Below, piece by piece: positions 12,801-26,809 of a DNA stretch of 64,000 nt. Location: the NCBI RefSeq assembly GCF_009914755.1, contig NC_060931.1. The stretch is one strand, 5' to 3'. Source of the stretch: the human T2T-CHM13v2.0 reference genome, Homo sapiens. Each line of letters opens with the position of its first letter. The first letter of the stretch is position 1. The notes below the pieces were generated by a model, which was given only the letters and a program-made list of their open reading frames with translations, did no database searches and was not told the DNA's origin. The position numbers and the translations under genes are program-made.

Positions 12801-15800
12801 ACACATTGTTGGTGCAGCTTGCCTTTCATCTTTTCTAATAATTATATTTATTTCCTGTAGTTTGAGGGTTACAGGCCCCACACATTCTACACCCTCTCAT
12901 TTGGGCAATGAGAAAAGTCTTAACAGACTCTTCCTTCAAACTTTAACCAGAGTTGGTGAGAAAGATCTTTCATCTTTTGGGACTTTGAGCTCTGAGACAG
13001 ACGAAAGCCTAGAGCCACATGGACAAAGCTTGCTAGAAGAAGTCTTCACAGAGGGATGGAGAGAGCTCTGATGATACAATGAACTCGTGGACCCAACAGG
13101 TGCTGCAGCAATAGGCTAAGTCAGCTCCTCAGATTTCTCAGTTCATGAACTTTTTAAAAGCAAGTTTGAATTTTGGGCGATTGTCATTTGTAAAAGCACT
13201 GGCCACAATCTATGGCAAATACTCAGGAAGAGGTGCAATGTAGGACAAGGATGATGCCTTTTAAGGCAGAAGTCACTGGTCCATGTTCTCTCGTGATTTG
13301 CAGTGTAACATAGTGAAGCTATGCCTATCTGTCCTCTTCATGTAGTACTGCCAACCAGAACAGGGCAGAGGGAAAAACAGCAGGAAGATTATACAAATAG
13401 AGGAGCATCATACTACCACTATCTATTAACAACTAGATCAAAGAATCAGACACTAGCAATCACAAAAAAGCAAGAAAGGATGACACTGGATCCAAGGATG
13501 TGGAAAGAGGGGTTGGTTCAGACACCTAGCAAATAAGGATGGCCTTCAGCCCAGTGCATTGCCTACCCAACTGAGACATCCTTCACATAGTCGTTCCACT
13601 CCCTGTCTTGTCTGCTGGGTTTCAGTGGAGTTGAGCATCACTCCTCACCTGGTGAAAGTGAGACACCAAAGGCTTTTGTTGTTGTTTCTTTAGGAAACCT
13701 TAATTCCACTTTCTTATCTTCACAGTTTTCTTTTCCTTTTTTCCTTCCTCCCCTCCCTCCCTCTTCTCTGTCCTTCCTCATATAAGCTTTATAGTGTTAA
13801 AGACTGATCACATCTTCCTACAAACTTCTCAGAAAGAAAACCAGGCCCAATTCTTATAACCTTCCATTGTGTGCACTGATTCCTAACCTTTAATCAAGTT
13901 CCAGCCTCTTCCCTCACTCCCCACCACTCTTTCTTTTCTCTCTCCTGAGCTGCAATTCATCAACTGGCTTTTTTGAAAGAGAATTTGCTATGTGTATTTC
14001 ATCACTTCAAGCCTCTTCAAATTAATCTTATTGCCACGGGAAGAGTGCTTGCTTTACTCCAGAACATTCTTAAAACTATTAAATGAACCGCTGAAACATA
14101 CAGGTTTATAAGAGAGATGCTGACAAACCAGAATTACAGTGAGGTGAACATGTCAAAAAAGTGTCTCCTGATGAAATACTGAAAGATACATGCACGGTAC
14201 CTTACAAAGTCCAACAAACAATTCAAACGGTATTGCTTCCTGGAAATCAAAACAAAAAGCATGTCTACCAAAAAAGAAGGCAGTGGGTTTGCAAGATAAG
14301 ACTGGTCATTATCTCCATAGGAACAAAGCTGGAAAATACAAGTACAAGCGCTGAATCCACTGCTGTCTGTGGAACAAAATTCCCTAGAATTTTTAATCTT
14401 GTTGTAAGACCCTTAAGTAGGTCATAGCAAGCTTAGAAAATTTTGATAGCAAAAAAAATGTGATGGGTGACAATGTGTACATCATCTTGGAGGAAAAGTA
14501 TTTTGTTATTCTGACCCAACCTCAACTGCGTTAACATTATGAAATATTTAGGAAGAGAATAAACAAAAATATCTAGTCAAACACAGAAACTAAAAAAGTT
14601 CTGTGCCATCTTCAACTAAAATGTTTGATAACTAATTAAGTATAAGGTGCTGCTTATTTTAAATTGGCAATCCGAAGTGCATGGCTATCAACTACAAATT
14701 AAGAAGTTATTTATACAAATAAATGGATTAGATTTTTAGGAAAACCTTTCACATATCACTATAATGATGTTTCACATAAATGCTCTCCTTGGCTTCCATT
14801 TCTGAGGTTGCTTGCTTTATTTTTAAAAAGGGCCTTTTTGTATTTTGGTATTTGTTGTAAGGAACCAATGAAGGATCTGTCTTATTGTGAATTCCTCCCT
14901 ACACAACAATGTGTTGCAGTTAGATTCCTATGCATGATGTGAACACCATATAGAACAGCAAGAAATTGCTGAAAAGTAGGCCAGATTTTATTTCCAGCCA
15001 TATCATTGTGATTTTATGTTGTTTATCTTTATTGGCTCATTTTCCCCAAAGCCCCACACTTGCCTTAAAAAGGTGGAGGGATAGGAAAGAGGTGAAAATA
15101 AATGTACTACCTTTTATTCTAGCTTGGAATTAGCATTTAAGCATCCACTGAATAATTTTCTCTAATATATTTTACTTTCCATGAAAAAAAAAGACATCCT
15201 AATCTCTGAGGAAAGAAAAAAGTATCTTTTTACAACATTCCTAAAGGGGAAAAGAGGCATTAAAGTGCTAATTAATTTAGCTAACAAATGTAAATAAAAT
15301 AAAGCTCATTGTAATAACTTCTGACTTCAATCACTAAATATGTCTGTTTATTTTAGCAATAATCTGAGTAAGCAAACAATCTAGTAAGAGACACAGTATA
15401 TTTTAAAATTTCCAATTTTTATACTGCACATATTTCTGAAAAGCTCAATATAAAGCAAATAATTCCAAGTGAAATACAATATGCAGACAGATACATCATA
15501 ATCTAAAAATAGGCCAAGCTTCTTCATTGTTCTAGAGTAGAAAAAAAATGGGCTAACAAAAACAAATACAAAAATAATCATTTTTATGGCCCATTACCTA
15601 CTGCTTGAGGCTTAAAGAAGAGAAAGGTGAAAAAGCACAAAACTTCAAATTTATGTGGATTTTTGAATACTCCCAACCCCACCACAAAAAGCAAAATAAA
15701 ACCAAGCAAAAATCCCTCTTCAGGGAGAGTAGCAGTAAATGCCTTTTATTCTAACAGCACATGCTACATCCTGCTAATGAATTCAGCAGTACTTTTCAAG

Positions 15801-15927
15801 GTGTACCCTAAATTACTTTCTGAATTTTATTTGCAATAATTTCTCACTTTCATTCAAAACTCAAACCTTACCCTCTTTTAGGCTGTATCACTGTTTTCCT
15901 GACCTTTTCAGTTAGGACTGTACTTAC

Positions 15928-15997
15928 CTTTCTTGACTTCATGGGTTATGACTGCTTGACCAGCTTTCATGGTCACAAAATTATTAAAACAGTTCCG
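15928..15997 (-). other. Candidate 70-nt internal exon of an unidentified host gene
   Basis: - strand: ctctctccatccatttccttag|CGGAAC...GTCAAGAAAG|gtaagta; strong acceptor and consensus donor in non-repeat DNA; one open frame RNCFNNFVTMKAGQAVITHEVKK. Confidence 0.45.
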
Positions 15998-16934
15998 CTA
16001 AGGAAATGGATGGAGAGAGCCAGCACTAGTTTTCCAACATTCACACTCATTGCCCCAAATAACACAGTCCTTGGAAATCTGAGCCACTACATTCCTGTTG
16101 AAGAATCATAATCTTCTTTATTCTTGAAAAAATAAGTCTTAAGAGAACTAGTAAGCTCAACATAAAAACCACATCATCATTAATGTTTCCGTGTGAAATA
16201 TAGTGCTCAATCTGAAGCAATACCTAGAAATAAGAGTTCTCAAATGATAGCATATAAACTTACAAATCCTGCAAGAAAGGAGCACATTTTCAATTCATGG
16301 GCTAATCCATTGTGCTTTTGATTGCGTTTTGGCTCTCAGCTCTCTCAAACCTAATATTTTCACTTGCATACTCATATGGGAAATACAGAGAGAGCTGTTC
16401 ATGTGTGCATTTTGAGGGCAGGATGGAAGGAGAAAGAGATGATATACAAGGCTAAATCATCTGACTGACTGAGATAACCACAGTTTTACAATGAACCAGG
16501 TAACCATAGTGGAATCAAACACGATTCCTGAATCTCCTTCTTCAAATGGCTAATAAAAAATTTTTAAATATCTTTTTAAAGGAACTAAGCAAGAAAATGA
16601 CACTATACGCTATTTTTTGAAAAGTGGCAGGTGGAGGAAAGGAATAAAACTCTAGCATGGCTCTGAATCTGGCCCGTGTCCTCTGCCCCACACATGGTAA
16701 TGAGGAAAAAGGATCAGCTGACTAAACCCTGAACATCCTCACTTAAATTCTCTAAACTGGAGAAGTTGAATTGGAATTGAAAGTTATAAAGAAAGAAACA
16801 ACCCTTGAGACTAGACTCTTGTATGTACGAAGGCACCCTGACCACATTCCAAGATACTAAGCAGAGTTGGAGTCAAGTTGAACCACGCATGGCTGCATGG
16901 AGTGGGCAGGGGCCTAGGGTATTCAAAAAATTTT

Positions 16935-17246
<312 letters not shown>

Positions 17247-17262
17247 ACTTAAAGGAGAAAGA

Positions 17263-17372
17263 TGGGGTAACCAGCCATCTTTTTATGCTCTGAACTGAGG
17301 AAGTTTCTCATGATGTGGGACTTTGCATGCTTCATCTAGGAAAGTCCTGGACACACGGAGATGGTCAACCCA
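17263..17372. mobile_element. MER81-like hAT-Blackjack MITE
   Basis: TGGGGTAACCA...TGGTCAACCCA ends, ~110 bp, internal GGGACTTT / AAAGTCC. Confidence 0.55.
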
Positions 17373-17499
17373 GACCCAGGACCCCTAACTGTACTCCATT
17401 CCAGCTGAGTTCTCCCTACCCTCACACCCTTGGATTAAAAGCACTGCATTGAAGCTAACAGCCAGCCCTTAAATAGTAGGTGGGGATTTGGAAGACAAA

Positions 17500-18830
17500 T
17501 TAGTCCCAGATAAAGTAGAAATAAGATCAAGTGAACTCACTTCTGCGTGGTCAGAGCACACAGATGATGTGGAGAGTGGCCTCCACTATGTATGAGTGAG
17601 ATGAAATGAGGACAATTATAAAAATATACTACAAAAAGAAAAAAAATCTAGCATGCAAAGACATATGTAAACTAAGACTGTAAGAAATATAACCCCAGAA
17701 ACATAAGAAGACTTTCGGTGAATGTGTCACATTCTATAAAAACTTCATAAAACTATGAATTCTATAAAACAAGGACCAAAGACTAGAAGATAGAACAAAA
17801 GACCAAAAGGGAAGACTGTAGAAATCAGGAAATGCATGGAAAACAGAACAATAGTATTATGCAGTTAATAAACAAATTAGAAATAGCAAGGGGCAGAGGA
17901 AGTGAAAATCTAATTAATGGCATGGAGTAGAGAGAGAATCACACTGAGTGCAGCAGGAAAGACAAAGAAATTAAAGGAAGGAGAGAGAATGTAATACATG
18001 AAGAATTCAGATAAACAAACATAAAGATGATTGTTGTTCTGCACACAGAAGTGTTCATATTAAAAAACAAAACAAAACCAGTCACTACAGAAAATTACAA
18101 CACTCATTTAAAAAAAGCTCTCCAGAATAAAGGAAGAAGTCAATGTGCAGACCAAAAGGGCATTCCTACACCAGCAAAAATTTAAACATAATTTTTAAAA
18201 AATCGAGCTATAACTTGAATAAGTTTTTGAACAAAAGAAAGAAAAAATTGTTCTTTGATCTGGGATCTTAAAAGAATAAAAAAACTTCAAGTATCAAATA
18301 TAAAAAGGAAGTTATCTACTAGAGGGAGAAAGACAAGAAAAATAGGCTGACCACAGATATCTTCACAATAATATTCAGTGTCAGAAGACCCATGTCTTTA
18401 AAAAAGGAAACAGGTATGACCCAAGAATATTAAATCCAGCTAATCTGCAATTCAAGCATAAAAACAAAAGGCAGGCATCTGTAAACATGTAAAAACTCAG
18501 GAAATAGCACATCCATGAGTCTTTCCTTAGAATAAACAAACCAAAAAAAAAGGACTTGACGATGAAAATTTGGATAAACAAGAAATGAATAAAAATAAAT
18601 AATCAGACATGGAAAAACTGTGGCGAAAGGATTAATGGTGAGCACAGAATCCATTTAAATATAGAACTAAGACTAAACAACTGGGGCATTATGATTGCAG
18701 ATCAGAGAATGAATGTTGTGAAACCTGAAAAAAAGAAAAAATAACACAAGCAACATAAAGGGAGGTGGGAGAAAGCACAAGTGTGTTAATCTCTGGTTTC
18801 ATAACAGGGAGACAATATGTAATAACTAAA
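17500..18830 (+). mobile_element. HAL1 / ancient L1 ORF1-region relic
   Basis: A-rich decayed ORF1-like sequence (CCAAGAATATTAAATCCAGCTAATCTG) and GAATCCATTTAAATATAGAACTAAGACTAAACAACTG; probably resumes at ~20270-20590. Confidence 0.6.
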
Positions 18831-18912
18831 ATGTCTAAATTTCATTTGCTTTTATATTTTTATGTTGAGATATATATAACAAAGGGTACGGATCTTAGGG
18901 TGCACAGTGTGA

Positions 18913-19677
<765 letters not shown>

Positions 19678-22029
19678 CAAACTGTAGCTGTTTAACCAAT
19701 GCCCCAACTAGGATATAGAATGTTACCATCATCCCAGAAACTTCCTTTTTGCACCTTTCCAGGTAATCTTCCTCCCATTCATCTCATAGGCAACCACTGT
19801 TCTGATTTCTATGACCACAGAAAAGTTTTGGCTGTTCTTGATCATTATATAAACGGACTCATACAAGAGATACTCTATTATGCCTGCCTTCTTTTGCTCA
19901 ATATAATGTGAAATATATCCATGTCATTGTGTATATTAATAGTCCTTTTAAAATTTATTATTCCATTACATGACTATACAGTTTCTTTATATAATTTCTA
20001 AGTATTTATGATTAGGAACAAATCTGAACACTCTTGCACTTTTTTGTGGACATAGGTTTTCATTTCTTTTGAATAAATACCAGCAGAATTACAAGATCAT
20101 TAGATAGGGGTAAATTTAATTTTATAGGAGATATTCTTTCATAGGGTCTATATCATTTTACATTTCCACCAGGACTGTATGAAAGTTCCAGTTGCTCCAT
20201 ATCCTCATATAAACCTTATAGTTTTAGTAGTTTTAATTTCAGCCATTCTAATGGTTATAATAACATTATGGCTCCAACCTCCTAATTTTTTATGATAAAA
20301 TTAATCAGAAGTCAAAAGGTTATCCAGTTTCATTTTATTAAATGTAAAGGTTTAAACTTTAAAATAGCATGGACAGCATGTTAGCATTGTTATAAAATTA
20401 TTCATGCCTGTCTACCTATCCATTCATTCATCCTTCTATCCGTATATTTGAAGAGGCTGATATTTCCCAGATCATAACATTTTATATCTGTCAAGTAAGA
20501 TTTGGAGGTGCTTTGTAACTGTCTTCTTTTTATTTTTCGATGTTACTTGGATTTTATAAAATGAGTACATCTCATTTTTTAAAAATATGTAAAGCCATTA
20601 TTTGTTGTTTGGGGGACTGGGAAGCCATAAAGCCACATAAATGTGCACAGAGGAAAAAATATGGAGTTGAGGTCAAAGTGCTTTTGAAGAATTAATTAGC
20701 AGGCATATCAATAGGTCATCTCTATTTTGGAGACTTTTGAGTCCTCAAAATCTTTTTAGGGAGGAGCAATGAAAGCAGCTGAGTGGTGACAAATACTAAT
20801 GTCACCCTGCTACATAATTGGATCAGGGCTGAAGATCAATATGCCAAGTGAGGTCAAGAACAGCCTGGAGGTGACAGTACTGTCACTCTTGTGCCACCAC
20901 TGGCTGTGGAGCTTCAACTGCACCCAGGACAGGCTACCCACTCAGTGTCATTAAGTGTGTGTCTTGACAACCAACACCAGCGGGTCACATTTCTCCTCCA
21001 AGTGACCAAAGTAACAAAAAAAGTAAAATGCTAGGAGAAGAAGCTAGATAATTCTCAAAGAAGTCAAACTCTGTTTGGTTCTAAGGAAAGAACATAACCT
21101 TTGGAGCCAGCTAGAGCTGATTTAAATCCTTGTTCTTCAGTCACCAACTGTAATGTTTTGTGACTACAAGCTATTCCAACTCGACAGGAACTCTTTTAAA
21201 AAGGCAACATATTAGACCAATGTCGCTATCTTCTAGGCCTAGGAAATGGTGCATACCAGCAAATTTATCCATGGCAGTGTTCATGTTCATTTTATGCTGC
21301 TCCTTTGCTTCTGAAGAGGTAGTCTAGTTTTTTCACAGTACAAAGTGAATAACAGGAAAGGGACTTAGATGGAGGAGGCAGAACAGAGAAGCCAAGAGTG
21401 TTAACATTCTCTTACCATGATATATTATATTGTTTCCGGCTCAGTGAATCTCCAAGATCCCCCAGAATCATCATCCATATTTCAACACACACTTCAGATG
21501 CATTCCACTCTTAAGTATAAGTGATGTCGGAATTGTCTCCAACTTTTACATTATTATTTCAATGAAAATATGTTTACTGATTACCTACAGTGGAAGGAAC
21601 CCTGCCACAATTCCTGCTGATAACATTGAATTACCAAGCACTTACTGTGATATGTAGAAAACTGAAGGTTTTAAAGAGGATTTCATATGGGGGGGGGGGC
21701 TTAAAGATGCAGAAATCTAGTTATAAACTGTCATTCTTCCACTTTTTCCCTTAAGTAATTGCCTACTTGAAGTCTTCTGTTTTTTTGTTGTTGCTGTTGT
21801 TGTTGTTTTTATACATTATACTTATCCTTAAACTAACCTCGGAATGATGAATGTAGGAAAGCCTTATCTTTCTGAAGGATTTTCTGACTCTCAAATTGCT
21901 GACCACTTGCCCCCCGAGCCAGCTTTACCTAGGTATATGGGCTAGAGTAGAGTCGCAGACATCTCCTGTTTGGACAGAACTATGTTTAAAAACAATTATA
22001 ACTACTGCCAACATTTAAGAATTAGGAGT

Positions 22030-22248
22030 TTTTCTCAAAAAAAAAATTTAATTTCAGCTTTTCCTAAAAAATCAGAGAACCTAGTTACTCCACGTCTTTA
22101 TTTCCCATGTTAATAACTGAGTTTGAGTTAAATAATAACACCTGATCCCTTTACCTGGAGAACACAGTCTCAAATTATTCCTATAACTTTCACCTAGACC
22201 TCTATACTCGTGCTTGGCCTCAGTTAGCATTTAAGTTTTCAGACCCTA
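22030..22248. mobile_element. MER102-like hAT relic
   Basis: AAAAATCAGAGAACCTAG...TAGCATTTAAGTTTTCAGACCCT resembles the MER102 end; highly diverged. Confidence 0.4.
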
Positions 22249-22619
22249 CCATACAACACATTTATTCTATTGTAATTGCCTTATTCATACTGCTATTTTT
22301 ACTAATAAAATGTAAGTGGTTTGGGGCCCAGACTTATAACTTACCTTGCATGTAACCCACTACCTGGGAAAATAGACTCTCTCTATATGTATACTGACCC
22401 AATTTTAAGTGAGGTCAAAATGCTTTAGAGAAAGCTTAATGAAACTGATATTAAACAACAAAAAGCAATTGAATGGAAATTCTTCAACAAGATTCTCAAG
22501 CAGTAGAGATTACATTTCTAGTTTCTGTACTATGAAATCTTAGCTTCTAACTCATCAGAATTCTAAAGAGAAACACCTTCTTATTTAAGTGATACAGGGG
22601 AAATTCTACCACATGTAGA

Positions 22620-23340
22620 CACTGTACTTTGGTTTCAAAATGTACAATAATAATGGCTTAATTAAATAAATCATTCTGCCCCAAACAGAAGAAATACTAG
22701 ACAGCATTAACAAGGATGTTGTAGGAGAAAATTTAACTGCATGAAAAACTGATCAAGAAGTATCATTTGCCAAGGCACAGTGAACCACTATAGACATTTC
22801 AATAGATAGTTGTGGAGGCACAGTGAACCAGAACAGACATTTCAATAAATAACACAGATGCTGAGGTATGGTGAACCAACACACACAGCTCAAAAAATAG
22901 GTAGATGATGAGCCACGGTAAACCAACACACACATTTCAGTAAGTACAGAAGATGCCGAGGCACAGTGAACCCACAAATACATTTCAATAAATAGATACA
23001 TTATTAGGCACAGTGACCCAATACACATTTCAATAAATAGGTAGATGCTAAGGCAGAGTGAACCAAAAAAAAAGTATCATTAAATGAAAGGAGCAGATTC
23101 TAAAATAGTTCATGCAGTATTACTCCATTAAAAAAAGTGTATGTAATTACATTGTGCATTAAATTTGTGCATATGTATATGTTTATGAACATGCATTTAA
23201 AATGTCAAAATACATGCAATGTCTGAAAAGACTTTAAAAAGTCTAAGTATATGCAGTGTCTAAAGTAGTTATCTCTGGATGACGGATTTAGAGGTAATTT
23301 TTTTTTTACGTTTTTGACAAATGATCAAATATAATTTTTT
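22620..23340 (+). mobile_element. Old L1M (L1ME/L1MC-like) 3' UTR fragment interrupted by the minisatellite
   Basis: GAAATACTAGACAGCATTAACAAGGATG...[insert]...TTAAATGAAAGGAGCAG...CAGTATTACTCCATT...AGTAGTTATCTCTGG follows L1 3' UTR order. Confidence 0.5.
22768..23064 (+). repeat. Degenerate minisatellite, ~47-bp unit, ~6.3 copies
   Basis: Units start at 22773, 22816, 22864, 22911, 22959, 23006, 23051; consensus ~AGGCACAGTGAACCAACACACACATTTCAATAAATAGGTAGATGCTG. Confidence 0.92.
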
Positions 23341-24293
23341 GGTAAGACAATGATAACATATACCAGCTCAGGCTCAGATGCAGCTCTGAGTTGAGATGTC
23401 TGATGAACTATTTTTCTTGGGTTTAACAGGGAAATACTGTTGAACACTACTAATAAAAATCCTTCTGGAGTCTCCAATACCCATCTATTGTGACAGGAAG
23501 GTCACAGAATGCCCAATTATTATAATTCTTTTCAGAAGAGGTGAGACCCTGAGGTGTAGCTGTCAGAGTAGATAAGAATATGCAATTATGAAGTTAAAAA
23601 TGTATTTCCTCTGACCTGAAGGAATACGGGAGAGAAGAAAATGGGGTCATGGTATATTTCCATATTAGCCAACGTTTTAATCAAATCACAACCTTTAACA
23701 GATTTTTAAGCATAACAATATGCTGTAATTCAATGTATATGAATACACAACAAATTTCAGATGAAGGTTGGTGGGGTCTTTGACAAACTCACCATTCCAT
23801 GGATAAAAAACAATTTCAAAAATGCTGGAAGTTAATTATGCCAAATCATATAATTACTGTGTAACAATAAACCTGGGCATAAAATCCACATCTTCAGATT
23901 CCAAACCCAATACCATTTCTACTCTACCCATCTGTTTCTTGTTCCATTTCACCATGGGGGTAACACAGGATTGAAAAAGACTTTTTAGTAAGTGGTTCCT
24001 GTTCTGTTATTAACTTACATTTTGGAAAAGATACTTCCCACTTATGAGTTTCCTTTTCTCATCAATAAAATGAAGGACCAAACATACATTATTTCCATGA
24101 CCCCATCCCCCCACAACCCTAAAATTCTGTGATTCTATGGCAAAGAGAAGATATTTGCTTGGACCCAGCCTGCCCCTTTTGCATCAGATAGCGTACTTCT
24201 GGACAGTCAAGCTGTACCCCACTGGAATGAGAGTGTCAGCCTATGGGCGTATAGGGGAATACAGCTGCCAATGTGAAGATGCTCCAGTTGATA

Positions 24294-24468
24294 GGCAAGC
24301 AAGGTGGCACACGCGTGTAGTCCTAGCTACTCAGGAGGCTGAGGCAAGAGGACTGCTGGAGGCAAGGAGTTCAAGGCTACAGTGTACTACTACCACTCTT
24401 GTGAACAGCCACTGCGCTCCAGCCTGGGCAACACAGCAAATCATTTCTTAAATAAAAAAAAAAGAAAA
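24294..24468 (+). mobile_element. FAM (fossil Alu monomer, 7SL-derived)
   Basis: Single monomer retaining TGTGAACAGCCACTGCGCTCCAGCCTGGGCAACA; A-tail; imperfect TSD AAGATGCTCCAGT / AAGATTATCCAGT. Confidence 0.8.
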
Positions 24469-25040
24469 AAGATTATCCAGTCCTTTGATGGAACGAAAAT
24501 AATAGTCATCTGCAAGGCGACAGAGTTATAATATCTGAGGATGCTTATTCCTCATTTAGTGAACCCTATTCTACTTACTAGAACAGACATCATTGTAGTC
24601 CAGAGGAATCAGTGACCAGGAGACGAAGACATTGTGCTCCAAGCTCATGTCTTATCTGCCTAAGGATAGGAAGATCATCTTGAAAGTGTGAACGAGGATA
24701 TTCTGAGTGTCTTGCAGACATTGAGGAAGGATCAAGAACCTACCAAACAATATTGAACAAAATTCACATCCAAGACAGCAAAGGTTAATAAAAGTCTGAG
24801 GAGAGGCTAGAAGACTAACACATGCTGAGTAGAAGTTCCATGAATGCCACCACGAATGACAAAAAAACAGAGCAAATAAGTCGGGAAAAAAATGGTATTT
24901 AGTTGATATGCATAATCGATACAAAATTAAATCTTTGCTGTCCAACTGCTTACCATCTGCATGACCAATCATCTTGGGATAACTTGCTTCTGTTAACACA
25001 CTTGATTTACTTCAAGGTTGACACTTAGCATGTCGGGCAG

Positions 25041-25460
25041 TGCTATGGTTTGAATATGGTTTGTCTCCTCTGAAACTCATGTTGAAATGTGATTGCCATC
25101 ATGGCACGGTTGGGAGGTGGTGGGGCCTTCAAGGGGTAATTTGATCATGAAGAGTTATTTATGTCTTTCTCATGAGAGTGTGTTAATCTCATGGGAGTAA
25201 GTTAGTTACCATGAAAGCGGGTTGTTACAAAGCAAGCTCAGCCTCTCGTGCTTGTTTCTTTTGCACCGCCCCGCCCGCAAGTTCTCCCACCATGTGGTGT
25301 TTTCCATCATGTTATAACGCAGCATGAGGCCCTCACCTGATGTGGCCACTCCATCTTGGACTTCCCAGCCTCCAGAATTGCAAGCTAAATAAACTTCTTT
25401 CTTTTATAAATTATCCAGTCTCAGGTATTCTGTTATAGCAACAGACAATGAACTAAGACA
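25041..25460 (+). mobile_element. MST-family solo LTR (MaLR; MSTC-like)
   Basis: TGCTATGGTTTG...AACTAAGACA; perfect 5-bp TSD GGCAG; AATAAA in 3' part. Confidence 0.9.
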
Positions 25461-26279
25461 GGCAGAGAAAGGAAAATAATCACACACTAACCAGTGAAAT
25501 AAAGAGAGACTTTCACACTTCTTCACTGACACTGTTACTAAATCTCCTTTATAAAAAAAAAAAACTTAATCAATAATCTCATTATTCTCTCTAGAAAATT
25601 AACCAATGTTACTCATAAATTATAATATTCAATTCATCTAGAACCTGCCACAAATCAACTGTTATCCACAAAGAATGGGGTGTTAAAAACAGGAGCTTAC
25701 TTGTTTTGATTAGTACACAATGATGAATTAATAACATAAACACACAACAATGAGATGTTACAGTGTAGATAACCAAGACATTGCCTAAAATGTTAAAGGC
25801 AAGATTAAATCTCTATTAAAAAGACATCCATAAAGCTATTAATGGAGAGAATGAAGTGTCACAGAATCATGAATGTTAATGAAAAAGGCAGATAAGCCAT
25901 TCTCACAGAAAGCAATCAATTAAAAGAACACACTGTTCCAATAGAGCAGAGCATGCTACCAACCAATTACAAGCACCAGTAGATGCGAATGTCAGGGAAT
26001 GAACAGGCAACCCTGGATAGAGGGGATTTGAGAATATTTGACCTCAATATGACTTCTCCATAGTATCTAAATACCCCCTAGATAAGCTAATTCTGGGTCC
26101 CAAGAAGTTGTAATGAAAGCTCATGGCTTCCACTCTGAAATAAGAATCTTAAAGAGGAAGCAATTGGAAGACTTTATTATTTTGCATCTGAGGTAGGAAA
26201 ACTAAGTTTAAAGAAAAGACTTTCTGAAGATTTCCCAATGAGTGACTTAGAATAATAATTATTAATAACAATAATAAAT

Positions 26280-26530
26280 CATAGCTGCAGCTTCTCTTGG
26301 ATAGCACTTAACATAGTGACTTAAATGCTTTACTTATGTCCTGTCAATTAAGTTCCCAAGTACTCTGTGAGGTACATACTATTATTATCAATTGCAGTTT
26401 GCAGATAAGGAAACTGAAGCACAGAGAAGCTATATAATTTAACCAAGGTCATACAGTAGGTATGTGGGAGAATGAGGAATAAACCTAGGAAGTTTGTTCC
26501 AGAGTCTGTGCTCTTAAACCCTGCCTTATA
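26280..26530 (-). mobile_element. MIR
   Basis: TTTGCAGATAAGGAAACTGAAGCACAGAGA...CCAAGGTCATACAG. Confidence 0.8.
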
Positions 26531-26809
26531 CCATTGCTTACTATCCTGGCTTTTGTACTAGTAAGGTTCCCCCCATTTCTGAACTATATCAGCATGAATA
26601 AAACACTGCGTGCTGGACTGGAAATAGTAGAAGACAAGGAATCAAATGACACGAATTCTGCCAAAAACCTGTGTCCTTGGGCACCTCATTCTACTTTTCT
26701 GAGCTTTAGGTTCTCCATTTCCATAAAAATGATCTGTATTGGATGATCTTAGATATTTTTATCTAGCACTCATCAAGGTATGTAAGTTTTTCTACTTAAA
26801 TTATGTCTT

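Noticed and set aside
21440-21480. C/D box snoRNA-like motif on - strand (ATGATGA...CTGA)
   Set aside because: Only ~23 nt between the boxes, too short, and no convincing terminal stem. A similar short pair on + at ~21844-21887 is rejected for the same reason.
22335-22375. 19-nt exon-like pattern on - strand with AAG|GTAAGT
   Set aside because: Short pyrimidine tract, frameshifting length, within a probable L2 remnant. Similar cryptic donors at ~2250, ~7225 and ~61580 also lack support.
22768-23064. CRISPR-like repeat-spacer array
   Set aside because: The intervening segments are homologous to each other (whole-unit tandem repeat), there are no cas genes, and the context is primate.
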